Positions 1-12,994 of a DNA stretch of 64,000 nt are shown here, one piece after another. The position numbers were made by a program, and so were the translations under genes. The notes beneath the pieces are model-generated. The model saw only the letters and a program-made list of their open reading frames with translations, was not told where the DNA came from and ran no database searches. The stretch comes from Amoebidium appalachense (Eukaryota; Protista; Ichthyosporea): NCBI GenBank assembly GCA_963693365.1, contig CAVNZM010000005.1:12547728-12611727 (forward strand). The letters run 5' to 3'. Position 1 is the stretch's first letter. The number at the start of each line of letters is the position of its first letter.

Positions 1-491
1 CTAGACGTGTGCGTGTGAGAGTGCATGTGCCAGCCAAGGCCTCCTACTATAGTCAGAGTAGCCTAGGAGGCCTTGGTGCCAGCCAGCCTCTGCCCACCTG
101 CCGCAGACACAAACAGCCTTACTCAGTCCAGGCTGCAAGGTGCTGGAGTCCACTTCTCCGCCAGTTACCTTCTGAGGTAGCTCTTATTTTTCAAGGGGTG
201 GCGGACGACCTGAGAGGGGCTGATCACGTGACTCACCTACCCTTGAAAAATAGAGGCTACGGAGGGCACAGTCAGGACGTGCCTGCTACTCCGCTGACTC
301 CGGAACCAGCCTGGCAGACCCTTGGTGCAGACCTGGCAGCCTGCCAGGCTGATCGGCCTGCTGCCTTGTGTGCTTGCGTGTACACGTGCGTGTGCGGGCG
401 TGTGTGTGTGTGTGCGTGTGTGTGTATGTGTGTGTGTGTGTGTGTGCGTGCGCGCGTGTACGTATGTGAGAAAGATGTGCCTGCTTTTTTC

Positions 492-535
<44 letters not shown>

Positions 536-3155
536 ATACGTATACGTGTGTGTGTAAACCTGTATTTTGCGCGCGCATGTGCGCGTTGATGTGCACGTGT
601 GTGCGTGTTTGTTTGTTTGTTGTGTTTGTTTGTTTGTTTATGTTTGTTGTGCGTGCGTGTGTGTGGCTGCCCCCACGTGTGCAAGCTATAGGGGAGGGGG
701 AGGGGGAGGACTCCAGGGGGGCCGGCCCCTCATGAGCAGAGAATCTTCGGGCAGCTGCCAGTGACTGCCAATTTGGGCAGGTGAACTGTCGAGGCTGAGG
801 AGAGAAGAAAGTTGGCGGACAGCATGTGCGGAGTGAGCATACATATTCACTGTGTGTGCCACTGCGTGCACGCGAACAAGATGCGGTGCAGTTCATCACA
901 TGTACAGCCCCGTACAAGAGCTAACGGGGGCCCGGGGGGGGGGGGGGGGGAGGGGGGGGGGGGGGGGAAGGGGGGAGGGAGGTTGAGAGCAAGAGCCCGA
1001 GGGATTCCAAAGTGATAGAGAGCAAGACAGGGGGTTGGCCCTTCTTTTCATTTTGTTATTTTGGAGGTTAGTAATTTCGTCGACTGCAGTGGCACCAACT
1101 CGGTTTTTATGTGATGCTTTCTTTATTCTGTATTTGCAATCCTAATGATTGAGTTGAAGACAAATATTGAGTCCGGGAGAGGCTGTGGTGGTAGTGGGCC
1201 AGTGGTGGTGGTATGTGTGCCGCGGGGAGGGAGGAGGGTTAGGAGGTGTAATTCATGGTGTCGTCAGTGTCTACACTCCGAGGACAACTTTGTCCTTGTG
1301 TGGTGACGTGTGTGTGCTCCCACTTGCAAGAGTGGGTTGGTCCCTTCAACCCAGATCATGATATAAAAATTAGGACGTGTGCAGGATTGTGGATTATGTG
1401 ACTGGCCAGGTTGACTGCGTGCCAGGGTATGTCTCATTTCCGACGGGGTTTGCATGAGCCTGTGCGCACATAACGGCATATGTGTGTTTGTGTGTGGCAA
1501 CTTGTGCACCGGCGCGTGTGTCTGGCTCGCCTGTGACTCAAGGTGTTGCTCACCTTGCAACATGTGCACGTGCATGCGGCGTTTGTGTGTGTACCGCGGC
1601 AAGGGTGGGCGAGGGTAGGTGAAGAAAAAAAGTAAGAGGTTACACCCACCGAGGGGGGAGAGGGGGGTAGAACGTGCCACAGAGTACGAAGAATGATTCC
1701 CAACAACACAATGCAGAGTGCATATTCACCACATAAAGATTACGCATACTAAGCAAGGCACACCCTCAGGGGGAGGGGGGTAGGGGGAGGCACGCCATTC
1801 GCAATACGCGATCCGACCCATTCACCTCTTCGAAGAAGCCCAACTCAGATTCTGTTTCACTTGAACGGGGGAGGGGGGAGAGAAGGGAAAGGCGGGGGGG
1901 GGGGGGGGGGGGGGGGGGGAGGGGGGGGGGGGGGGCAACTCCCGATCAGCGAGCTTCAAGTCCCAGGTCCCAAGGCTTCACCTACCAGAGCTGGGGGAAA
2001 GGCCGTCACAGTAAGCGTCCTCCCCCCCCCGACCCTAACCCCAAAAGTTCTTTTCCCTCCCTCCTCCCCCTTGTTTTCAAGACTAACTATCTCTGTTATG
2101 AGGCTATAATCGTGACTATCACTATGTATGCCTTTTGCAATCGCTGGCAGCAAGCGTTGAAACGTGCCCAAAACAGTCGCCTGAGATGAACAACATAGGG
2201 TGACGGTCACCAAACAGGAAATCCGTGGTGTGTGTGTGTGTGCGTGTGTGTGCGTGTGTGTGCGTGTGTGTGCGTGTGTGTGTTTGTGTGTGTGTGTGTG
2301 TGTACCTTTGTGTCTGTGTATTTCTGTGTTGGTCTGTGTTAGTCTGTATGTGTTTGTGCGTGTGTGTGCGTGCTCGTGAATGTGTGTGTGTGTGCACGTG
2401 CCTGCATGTTTGTGTGTGCGCGTGTGTTCTTGTATGTGTGTGGTTGGGTGTGTGTGTGTGTGCGTTTGTGCTTGTGTGCACCTCGACCCAAACTTCCGTC
2501 CCATACATACCCTCGCTGAGTCTCGAGTTGTGTCTCAGAACAACACCCCGTGTGCCCCATTCGGACTTGAACTTGAACCTTCCCCCTACCCCCAGCCCCA
2601 GCCCCTCCCTCTTCTCCCCCTGCCTTCCTCCCCTCCCCCCCACACCTCCCCCCCTTTCCTTTGGACCTTCCACCCAGCAAAACCGAGTTTTCCAGTGATT
2701 GGCTCTTTTTGCCAAGCATGTACGGCAGGCACATCACACGACTTGACTGTCAAAATGCCAGTGGCCTGAAGTACTTGAAAAGTTACGCTCGGCTGAGTTT
2801 TATAAGGCATTTACTTGCGTATTTTGACAGCATGCGGGGTTTCTATGTAATTACACACCAACGCAACAATGAAACCGCTTGTAAAACTTAATCAGCCCGC
2901 GGTGCCTCTTTGTTTTCCCAAGCCTGGATTCATGGGGCTAACCTCCAAGGCAACTTGGCAAGCTGTTGCAACCCGTTTCAAAAGTGGACCTTCAGCCCTT
3001 TCTCCCATCATGTCAGTGTATGTCGCCTTTTATTGGCATGTAAGCTGCGGCACTGCGCCGCCCCTCAAGCTCCCTCCCCATATGTCACGCACTGTACGCC
3101 TACACATCTCAGGCTGCGGGCCGGCGGGCCAGGGACTGGGCAAAAAAAAGAGGGC

Positions 3156-3187
<32 letters not shown>

Positions 3188-3218
3188 CCACTGGTTGCCA
3201 AGAAAACCGCCCGACGAT

Positions 3219-3531
3219 CAGGGGTGTGGCAGAGCCTCAGCGACTTGACTTGACTTATAATTATAATTGTTTACTGAAATTGATGACTTGACTTGACGTA
3301 CAAGTCGCGGCTTGGAGGGGTTCTATTTATAGTAACTCCTCCAGCCAGCTGGGCCACAGGCGGGCATTGCGCCCTCCCTTTTCACCCACCCTCCTATGCT
3401 TCCCCGCCCTAAGCCCCCCTCCCCCCATCAAGTCACTCCTATGTCCGGGCTCATGGCTTGACTTGACTTGGTTGAAGTCAGGAGCTTGGTGACTTCAAGT
3501 CGCGACTTGAAGTCAAGTCGCCACAACCCTT
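3219..3531. mobile_element. hAT-type MITE (313 bp)
   Basis: Perfect 8-bp TSD CCGACGAT (3211-3218, 3532-3539). TIRs CAGGGGTGTGGC / GCCACAACCCTT. Many subterminal GACTTG/CAAGTC motifs. No ORF. Confidence 0.85.
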
Positions 3532-4043
3532 CCGACGATACCGTGGCTCGTGTTCAGTGGCATCATTCAACACACAGTTGCAGGAGGGGTGTAAAATCAC
3601 CCAACCAAAAACAAAAGAATGTATGTAGCGATCGCCCAATCGCCGCTCGTGCAAATATCATAACCCAATCAAATATCTTTGTGACCCCACGCTCTTTGGC
3701 GTAGTATATCTACGTCACACACGCTCTTTGGCGGACCAATCATAATTAAAGATGAGTTGAGACATTGGATTTCTATACCTAGAGGGTTTGCTCTGAACAA
3801 AATTACATTGTCTAACAAAAGTAGCTCTGCATATTATGCATAATATAGGCAGATCTAAAATGTGAGTTATATAAAAATAATAACTAAAAGGCAAATTTTG
3901 AAACTGTTTGGTTGCATATTACTATAATAGCTTCAAATTACTAAAACCGAAAAACTAGAGAATTGTTTTTTGCTAAGCTTGCAATTTCGGCACATGTCGG
4001 GGAAATTCCCTGCTATTGTTCTACGGTGTGTCCTTTTCGCCTT

Positions 4044-4079
4044 TATAAAAGCGAAAAAGAAAGGTACCTGCTTCAGTCA
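4044..4079 (+). promoter_or_regulatory. TATA box plus TCAGT initiator upstream of the PiT gene
   Basis: TATAAAA at 4044 and TCAGT at 4073, about 30 bp apart. The same layout occurs upstream of ODC. Confidence 0.5.
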
Positions 4080-4308
4080 GTCACTGACGTCTAGACAGAT
4101 CTGGGAACAAATTGAACTACATTTCCCCAAGGCAAGCTTACTGTTTGTAAAACCTAATCATAAACGTTAATTAATCAAGATTCTCCGTTTCCAACACCCA
4201 TTTGTTTTGTTTTTTTATGTACTTTCACCACCGGTACTCCCCACACTTTCTACACCACTCAAACTACACACACAAGAGTTTAACAGTATACACAACCAAA
4301 TTTCCACC

Positions 4309-6911
4309 ATGCCCACCATGGTCTTAGAGCCCATTATTGGGGCTGCATCTATGCAGGCAGCCTCATGGCTTGTTGCCCTGGCCATACCCTTTTGTTTTCT
4401 TCTAGCGATGGGTATGGGAGCAAACGACGTAGGAAACGCATTCGGCACGTCTGTAGGTGCAAAGGTGTTGACCATCAAAAGTGCCTGTGTGATTGCAGCT
4501 ATCTTTGATTTTGCCGGTGCTGTGTCCCTTGGGTCTGGTGTTGCTAGCACCATGCAAGGAGGTATTGTCGACCCGTCAGCGTTTGACGGCCAACCACAAC
4601 TACTTATGCTCGGTAACTGGACAGCCGTTGTCGGTGCGTGGGCGTGGATTCTTTTTGCTACCGTTTTTGCCCTCCCTGTGTCTTCTACACAGGCGATTGT
4701 CGGTGCAATTCTCGGTTTTGGCCTTGTTGAGACGGGGGGCCAGGGAATCAACACATGGGGTATTATCAAGATTGTTATATCCTGGTTCAGCTCACCCATT
4801 CTCGCTGGATTGGTCACCGCAATGGCTCTGTGGTCTGCACGCTTCTTTGTTGTGAACAAGGAATCATCCGTTGCGCTAAGGGCCGCACGCTGGTATGTGT
4901 CTGCGGTGGTTGCGTCGGTGTTCTTCCTCGCGTCTATTTTTATCATTTACGGTGCAGTGGGTCGCTTCACCGGTACATTCTGGGACTGGGCCGGTGTACT
5001 TATTGCGCTTTCTATCGCTACCGTCGTGTTTCTGTTTTTGTTCTACGCGCCATGGGGGGTGGATCTTCTGTTCAAGCTGACGGCGCATTTGGGCATCGAT
5101 AAGCCGGAACCGAAGGATGACAACAAAACCACTACAAGTGAGTTGCAGGGTGTTAGCGATGCAGCCATATATGTGGAGGAGGAGGGGAAGAAGGGCAAGG
5201 ATTTGAGAGGTACATCCGAGCCGGATTTGGAGGCGGAGATGGGTGCACGTGCATATGCCGATGATACCGGGCTCTCTGGTGCGGATGTGGTTGAGACTGT
5301 TGGAAGTAGAGTCCGCTGTGACTAGGGTCGTCGTGGCGCGCTTGGGCGCTGACCCGTTTTTTACTGCTTTCAGTGTGTTAACTCCATGACTGAACTCCAT
5401 GACTGAACTCCATGACTGAACTCCATGACTGAACTCCATGACTTAACTCCATTTCTGCACCTGGCAGAGCCGTGGTTTATATACCCGTGGGGCAGCAGTC
5501 TGGAATGTAATCCGGATGCCAGGCGCTAATCGGATTGGTTACTTTCATTTAGAGATCTCTGGGACCAGTGAACCAATCGTTTGCAGCCAAAACACAATTG
5601 GCAACATTCCTCAACTATGCAGATGTGCATGTGGTGATCGAGTGTCAGCGTGTGTCTGTGTACACGGAACCAATTGTAAAGCTAACATACACATATTGTG
5701 GAGTGAGCGTAAGTCTGCACTCCAACACCCCTACCCAATTGGAGAAGTGTACACACCACTAGAGAAGAGAGAGTGAGTGTGGCTGCTTGCAGGGTAGACC
5801 GGGGTGTGCATTCCACTGTGGTGCGTGCCCCGCCAATGAAGTGGAATACTTGACGTTGATGTCGCAGGCTGCTGCGGATGGAGTTTGTGGAAGCGAAAGT
5901 CTCTAATGAAGTTAGAGGCCGCGGTGTCGTGTCTGGGCCCATAACCCTGTTGGAAGTAGAGTCCGCTGTGACTAGGGTCGTCGTGGCGCGCTTGGGCGCT
6001 GACCCGTTTTTTACTGCTTTCAGTGTGTTAACTCCATGACTGAACTCCATGACTGAACTCCATGACTGAACTCCATGACTGAACTCCATGACTTAACTCC
6101 ATTTCTGCACCTGGCAGAGCCGTGGTTTATATACCCGTGGGGCAGCAGTCTGGAATGTAATCCGGATGCCAGGCGCTAATCGGATTGGTTACTTTCATTT
6201 AGAGATCTCTGGGACCAGTGAACCAATCGTTTGCAGCCAAAACACAATTGGCAACATTCCTCAACTATGCAGATGTGCATGTGGTGATCGAGTGTCAGCG
6301 TGTGTCTGTGTACACGGAACCAATTGTAAAGCTAACATACACATATTGTGGAGTGAGCGTAAGTCTGCACTCCAACAGAGACGAGGTTTGCCGGGGCACA
6401 AATTTGCACGGCCAGTTATATGGCGTTTAGCCACGGTGCAAACGATGTTGCTAATGTTGCCGGCCCTATGGCTGCCGTATGGGCGCTCTACCACACAGGT
6501 GAGACAAGTGCGGCAACGAACATGGCGACGTGGATTCTAGCGCTTATGGCCCTCGGCGTGGTTGTGGGTTTGTTTTTCTTCGGCCAGCGCGTGATTGAAA
6601 CCATCGGCAAGAATATGACAAAGGTTACCCCCTCTGCCGGATTTGCAGTGCAGATGGGCACGGCAACCACCGTGCTAATTGGTTCTTTTGCAAAGATTCC
6701 CCTCTCTACCACCCATGCATGCGTGGGGTCTGTTGTGGCGGTGGGTTTGATGTCTGGTGAGGGTAAAAAGGCCGTCAACTGGAAACTGTTTGGTGAAATT
6801 CTCCTGTCGTGGTTTGTTACTGTTCCCGTAGCAGGGGGGGTTTCTGCCCTTCTCTATTGGATTCTTAGGCCCGTAGTACAGGCTGCGTTCATCCCCGTGC
6901 CTGTTGCGTAA
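4309..6911 (+). CDS. PiT/PHO4 (SLC20) inorganic phosphate transporter, intronless, interrupted by a TRIM at 5298-6377
   Basis: Two GANDV signature motifs (GMGANDVGNAFG; AFSHGANDVAN), PVSSTQ and PLSTTH motifs, many TM helices. Removing the TRIM and one TSD copy restores the frame: ...DVVETRFAGAQICTASYMAFSHGAND... Confidence 0.92.
5298..6377 (-). mobile_element. TRIM (non-autonomous Copia-type LTR element), copy 1
   Basis: Two apparently identical 430-bp LTRs (5298-5727, 5948-6377; TGTTGG...CCAACA) around a 220-bp interior. 5-bp TSD GAGAC (5293-5297, 6378-6382). Minus-strand PBS GGTTATGGGCCCAG (5933-5946) and PPT GGGTAGGG. 13-bp ACTCCATGACTGA tandem repeats inside each LTR. Confidence 0.95.
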
Positions 6912-7240
6912 ATTTTTGCGCAAGGGGGAGGGGAGGGGAGGTTCTTTTCAAGGTGTTTCTTTTCATATTTAGAGGCTTTTCAGAATGAGTGTGTACTTCA
7001 AATCTGAATGTTCCTGAGTAAGTAGAGGCTTCCCAAGTAAGTGTACGTGTATGCATGAAGGTGAAGAGCAGACCAACGCAAGAGTGAGAAGTTGGTCGTT
7101 GAATATATGATAGTGAGGGCTGTCTGCCTACTGGCTGGGTGGCAGCTGAATTTTCTAGTACTGAGATATACCGATATTAGCAGGTGAGATATGCAAATAT
7201 AAAACCCCATATCTTGTTCAGCAACCCCGTCTCTCAGACG

Positions 7241-7274
<34 letters not shown>

Positions 7275-8472
7275 TCCCCCGGGATCCGGAGAACAAGAAT
7301 GGGCCAACCTCCCCTCCTCCCCTTCGCCCCCTTCGGTGTGTAGATTCCCTCAGCTGTTTCGTTGGCTCTGCTTGAAAGGAACGGCTAGGCTACTCTGTAA
7401 TTAATTGCTGCGTAATTAGGAGCTTACTTTGGAGTCGGGACTCTGTGACTGTCTTCGCCTCCCCCCTCCCCCCTCCCCCCCCCCCCCCCCCCCCCCCCCA
7501 ACACCACCGCCACCACTTCACCACCCACCCACCCACACACACACATACACACACACACACGCCCCCCCCTCCCCCCCCCCCCCCCCCCCACCACCCACCC
7601 ACCCACCCACACATATACATACACACGCGCCCCCCCCCTCCCTCCTCCCCCTCCCGCCCTCCCTCCCTCCCCCCCCCCCCCCCCCCCCCCCCCACCCACC
7701 CCACGATGCACCCTTTTCGGCCATACATACATATACACATTGTCCCTCCCTCCCCCCTCCCCCCTTCCGGTCCCGCAACACATAGACACACACACACACA
7801 CTCACAGTACCTCCGTCTAGCTTGCATTAACATCAAAAGAAAAAGCTGTCGGCCTATGTACATGTTCCAAATGTTTTCCTTGCCATCAGTAGGCGAGCAC
7901 CATCTCTTTGGTGGCGATATTGGTTTTTGGGCCGGTTTACACGGGCTATATTTTGGGGATACGGTGGGAGCACGGCCCCTCTTGTGCATGTGTGGCTTAC
8001 TGCGTTTTCCAGCACGGCCCACACACTAGACGAGGGGCGCCACAGGCGCCATGAACTACATATACACCGTATTTACAGGATAAGTATACACCCATGGCTC
8101 ATTTGGGTGGAATTCTAGATATAGGAGGTGGCCAGAGATAAATAGCCTAGAGGGGGGGGGGGGAGGGGGGGGGGGGGGGGAGGGGCCGGGGAGGGGGGGG
8201 GGGGGGGGGGGAGGAGGAGGGGGGGAGGGGGAGGGGGGAGGGGGGGGGGGGGGGGAGAGAGGGCGGAGGGGGAGGGAGGGGGGGCTACTTCGTTGTGGAC
8301 TGTGTTATTATTTTGTGTGTGAGTGTGTGGGGGCATATATCATGACAGGTTTGGCTGGGAAGGGGGCGCCCTGTAGTGTGTGAATCATGGTGACGGTCTA
8401 CTCTCAAGGAATCATGGGTTTCCTTTATTTTTAACCGGTTTGTTAAAGACATACAGACCGATAGCTACGATC

Positions 8473-8506
<34 letters not shown>

Positions 8507-9106
8507 CGATTTGATGTGCATACCAGTGCACCAATAGCATCCGAAAATAATATAAAAAACATAAATCTTTAAACGGAATTTAGTCTATTGCTTGGATGGC
8601 AGGTTGACATATAGAACGGATTAATAAAAAAACGAGTATGTCAGGAATGAGGGGATAAAAAATAGCTAATTTGTTTGTGCATCTTAATTAAAACGGCTCC
8701 AGAAGACATCCATACAAACACCGTGGCACACAACTACATACGTCCATACGAATACGAGAAGGCTGAGAGGGTGACATGTGTGGGCAGATTTGTAAATGCT
8801 ACCACCGACGTTTCGTAGATGTGCTACAATAGGCAAAACCGAAATTTTGTTTGTAATGCCTGATAAGATATTTATAAATATCACCACTAACAGTACGATA
8901 AAAGACCTAACTGTTATGGGGTTTGTAGACATAGCCATACAGTTTTCTAACGCACTGCCAGACTCTTCCTCGTTCATTCATCTACTTGCATTCATTCATT
9001 CACACATCCCACCAGACCCGCCTTCCTCTGCTTTATCTGTTGTCTCTATACAATCAAGCCAGTATTCCTCAATAACCAGGCTAAAACATACACTCAGGCA
9101 CAGTTC

Positions 9107-9274
9107 CTAGGCCAGGCTCACGCATGTACCAATGCCTAGTTCATTGCACAGTAGATGCACTAGTCTTGTTACTGCTGTGTGCCTCAGTGTGAGTTTGTTG
9201 ACTGTGATGGCGACAGATGTGTTGGTAGACAGGTCACAGAATGCTACACTGCCTCCCATCCCTGGGTGTCCGAT

Positions 9275-9323
<49 letters not shown>

Positions 9324-9330
9324 GGAAAAA

Positions 9331-9373
<43 letters not shown>

Positions 9374-10211
9374 GAGTCAGTGAGAGCTTTGTTTTGAGGT
9401 GTTCTGAGCACCTCAAGGGGAAGGGGGGAGGGGGAGGGGGTTCGAATGTGTTACAGAGTACGAGTACACGTTCACGAGGGAAAACACAACACAATTTTCA
9501 CAATTTCATACGCACACACACAGAGGAGTGAGGGAGGGTCGGGGAAAGCAACGTCTGAGGGCTTACACGTTTAAACTTGAGGAACGAGGCGTAGGACCCC
9601 CGGGAGAGAGAGAGAGGGGGGGGGGGGGGGGGGGGGAGGAGGAGGGGGGCAAGCTGAGAAGGGAGGGGATGTGTGTTGGGGAACAAGGGGAGGAGGAGAG
9701 TAAGCAAGTGCGACTGCACATCAGGTGGATGTATGACGTATGTGTGGGTTGGACACGGTTGGGTGCACGAGAATACACACAGAGCCGTGTGAAAGATATA
9801 CACACCCTCATCTACCCTCATACTCAAATGGGTTGCCGCCCACCCACCCAACCACCCTTTCTTCCAAACCCCACCAACCCGTTTTATCTCCCCCCCCCCC
9901 AAAAAAAAATAAATAAATAAAAAATCACAGGGGGTTGATCTCCCACCCAGGGTTCCAAATGTCCTCCCACCTACCTGTGTTTCTGACGATACCATCTGGC
10001 CCCTCGAATGCCAGCACCCTGAACCCCAGCCCCCACAGCTTCTCCTGAGCACCCCCGGCATCCCTGCAATCAGAGTAGGTCAGTTGAAAACGGTAACACC
10101 ACAAGAAAGGATAATGGGTGGGAATGGGAGGGGGAAGATTTTCACTTTCCCAAACTCGCTATCTGACTTTCTTGCGACCTCTGATCCCCCTCCCCCCCCC
10201 AACCACCACCA

Positions 10212-10291
<80 letters not shown>

Positions 10292-11061
10292 CCCCTTCCA
10301 CTCTCTTCAACTCCTTTCAGCAAAGCCTTTGCGCGTCTTAAGCTCATTGCCCAGGTATCGACTGTGTGTATGAGCGCATGCATGCATAGGCGTATGGTAT
10401 AAGTCTTGTTGCGTGCATCATATATACGTGCACCCATGCCTATCTGCATACACGTATATGTGTGTCCGTGTGAGTACACTCACATAAGACCCAGCCTCTG
10501 AGCCAGCTCCAGCATACGTTGGGAGGTCTGCTCTGACCCCCTCACCTGAGACATGGCCCGGATCGTCTGTAGGGACAGCCACGTGAGCACACACACACAC
10601 AACACAGCCCCTCTCCCCTCCCTTCCACCCACCCACCCTCCCCCCCCTGCCCGCCCGCCCCCGCCGCCTTCTCCCCAGACCCTACTCCTTTACCTTTCAT
10701 GTTCAAGTCCAAACAACATCAACAAGCCGCCTCTCACCTCTATCTCCCACCCTACCATGCCTCTTTCATGCCATACGACACACACACACACACACACACA
10801 CACAACACACAACACATACCCATGGAAGACACCAGCACACAATCATGCATGACAGCCAATTCTCATGCACATGAACCAATCAGCACACACCCATGCATGA
10901 CAACCAATCAGCACACACCTGTGGCCTAAGCATGCGGTTCCCATCCATCACCCCGCCATTTGCCAGCATGCCGTAGAAGCGTGCGAGCGCACGTGCACTG
11001 AAATGTCCATTGGAGGCGGGGATGCACGCCTCCCGCACCTGTGTGTGTGTTGTGTGTGTGC

Positions 11062-11117
<56 letters not shown>

Positions 11118-11586
11118 GTGTATGTGTGCGTGCGTGCGCGCGCACGTGTGTGTGTTATGCATGTGATTAAGTTATCCACATGTGCGAGGTACAGCTGTGC
11201 TGGTGCTCTATGCAGTCTCCTACGAACCCCCCTGCCCTCTCTCACTTTCCTCATTGCTCACGACTAGTAATGAATTCCTACAGGCAGCCTCTTATAACGA
11301 TGTAGTGATGCCCAAATTCACGATGTTCTATTGACGGAAGTATAAGCATCACCACATACATCACCAATCACACTGTCGATGTCACAAACACAATGACTAC
11401 TGTGGCACATACACGTTATCTCATTGCAGCCATCACCATAAGAAGGTGCAGTCTTAGTGCGCGTCGTTAGTTTCCCATCCCGCTGTCACGTGTCAAGTAC
11501 ATTTTGTGCCAGGAATGTCCTTCCGAGATCCCGATTCTCAGTCTACGTGTGCCTATCCGGATATGTGAGTGCGCATGTGTGTGTGT

Positions 11587-11621
<35 letters not shown>

Positions 11622-12220
11622 CGTACCTTCTTTGTGTTGTACATGAGGGGATCCAGGCCCATAATGTCCATAGCCCCCTTGCTGCCCTCCTTCTCTGCCT
11701 CTGTATCCGTGTCTCCCCCTCCACCCTCCCCTGCGCCCGCCCTGTCATTCTCTCATTCCCACCACTTCACGAGACACAAAATACGGTGCACATAGGTAGA
11801 TGCTGATGTGTCTCATTATTAACAGAATGCACACACACGGATGCTCGTGTGTCTCATTACGGGTGCTATTGTGGTCAGGCTTAAACCCGCAGTGACACCT
11901 GGCCACGCACACAGGGCATGCAACAGTGCATGCGTGCACACACACCCACACCCACCCACCCACCCACCCACCCACACACCCATCCCCCCCCCCCCCCCCA
12001 CACACACACCTGCGGTGTTCCTAGCCAGGGCCACTAGTCTTTGCAGGTCTTCATCTGTGGGGGCATTTCCGTCCAGGCCCAGCCCATTGCACAGTGTGGC
12101 TATGCGCTCAGTAGGCATGCCCCCTGTAAGTATGCATTATGTAAGAGAATTGGGGAAAAGGGGGGGCTTGTGTGTGTATGTGTGTGTGTGTGTTGGGGTG
12201 TGTTTTTTTTTTTTTTTTTT

Positions 12221-12261
<41 letters not shown>

Positions 12262-12962
12262 GAAGAGGTAGGAGTGCAGATTTGTATTGGGTTGGAACGA
12301 TTGAGAAGGGAGAATGGATGTGTGGTGTGTGCCTGTGTGAATTATCTTTTCATCCATACATTCTCTCATCATATCACCCCGTTTCCCCCCTTTTTTTCTT
12401 CCTTTTGTTTTCCCCCGATGGTGAGTATGGTGGTGGTGTTGATTGGTGGCTTTTTTTTTTGTGTGTGTGTGGGGGGGGGGAGGGGGGATGTCCAACACAC
12501 CGTCCGTAGCCTGAGGGCGCCCAATCATAAACTCGTCCTGTATGCCCAGGGGCAGGGCTATCTCTGTGCGCACAAAGTCGTTGATTCTTCGCCCACACAC
12601 GGCCTGCACTATGCCCCCTACGAGGAACCCAAAGGAGAGGATGTGGTACTGGCTGCTGTGCCCTGTGGGGGATTGATGTGAGCACACATATACTGGATGA
12701 ATTATGTGGTATAAACGGTGAAGCAAGACTAAAAAGGATAATTAAGAGGGGGGGTCCCCTTCTCCTATCTCTACTCCTCTTTTTCTTTCCCCCCCCGCCC
12801 CCCCTCCCCCCCCACCCAATCCTCCCCCTCTCAACCTCTCCCATCCCCTCCCCCCCCTCCCCCCCCCCCACCTCCCTTCCCCCCTCCCCCTCCCCCCCTC
12901 GAATCCCTCCCTTACTCCCTCCATCCCTGCCCGCCCCTGCTTCTTCTTCTTCTTTTTCTTTC

Positions 12963-12994
<32 letters not shown>

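Noticed and set aside
4215-4946. 243-aa antisense ORF (and the antisense ORFs over Copia pol and ODC)
   Set aside because: Shadow frames of real coding sequence with no motifs of their own.
5381-5450. 13-bp repeats as iterons or CRISPR
   Set aside because: Internal tandem repeat of the TRIM LTR.
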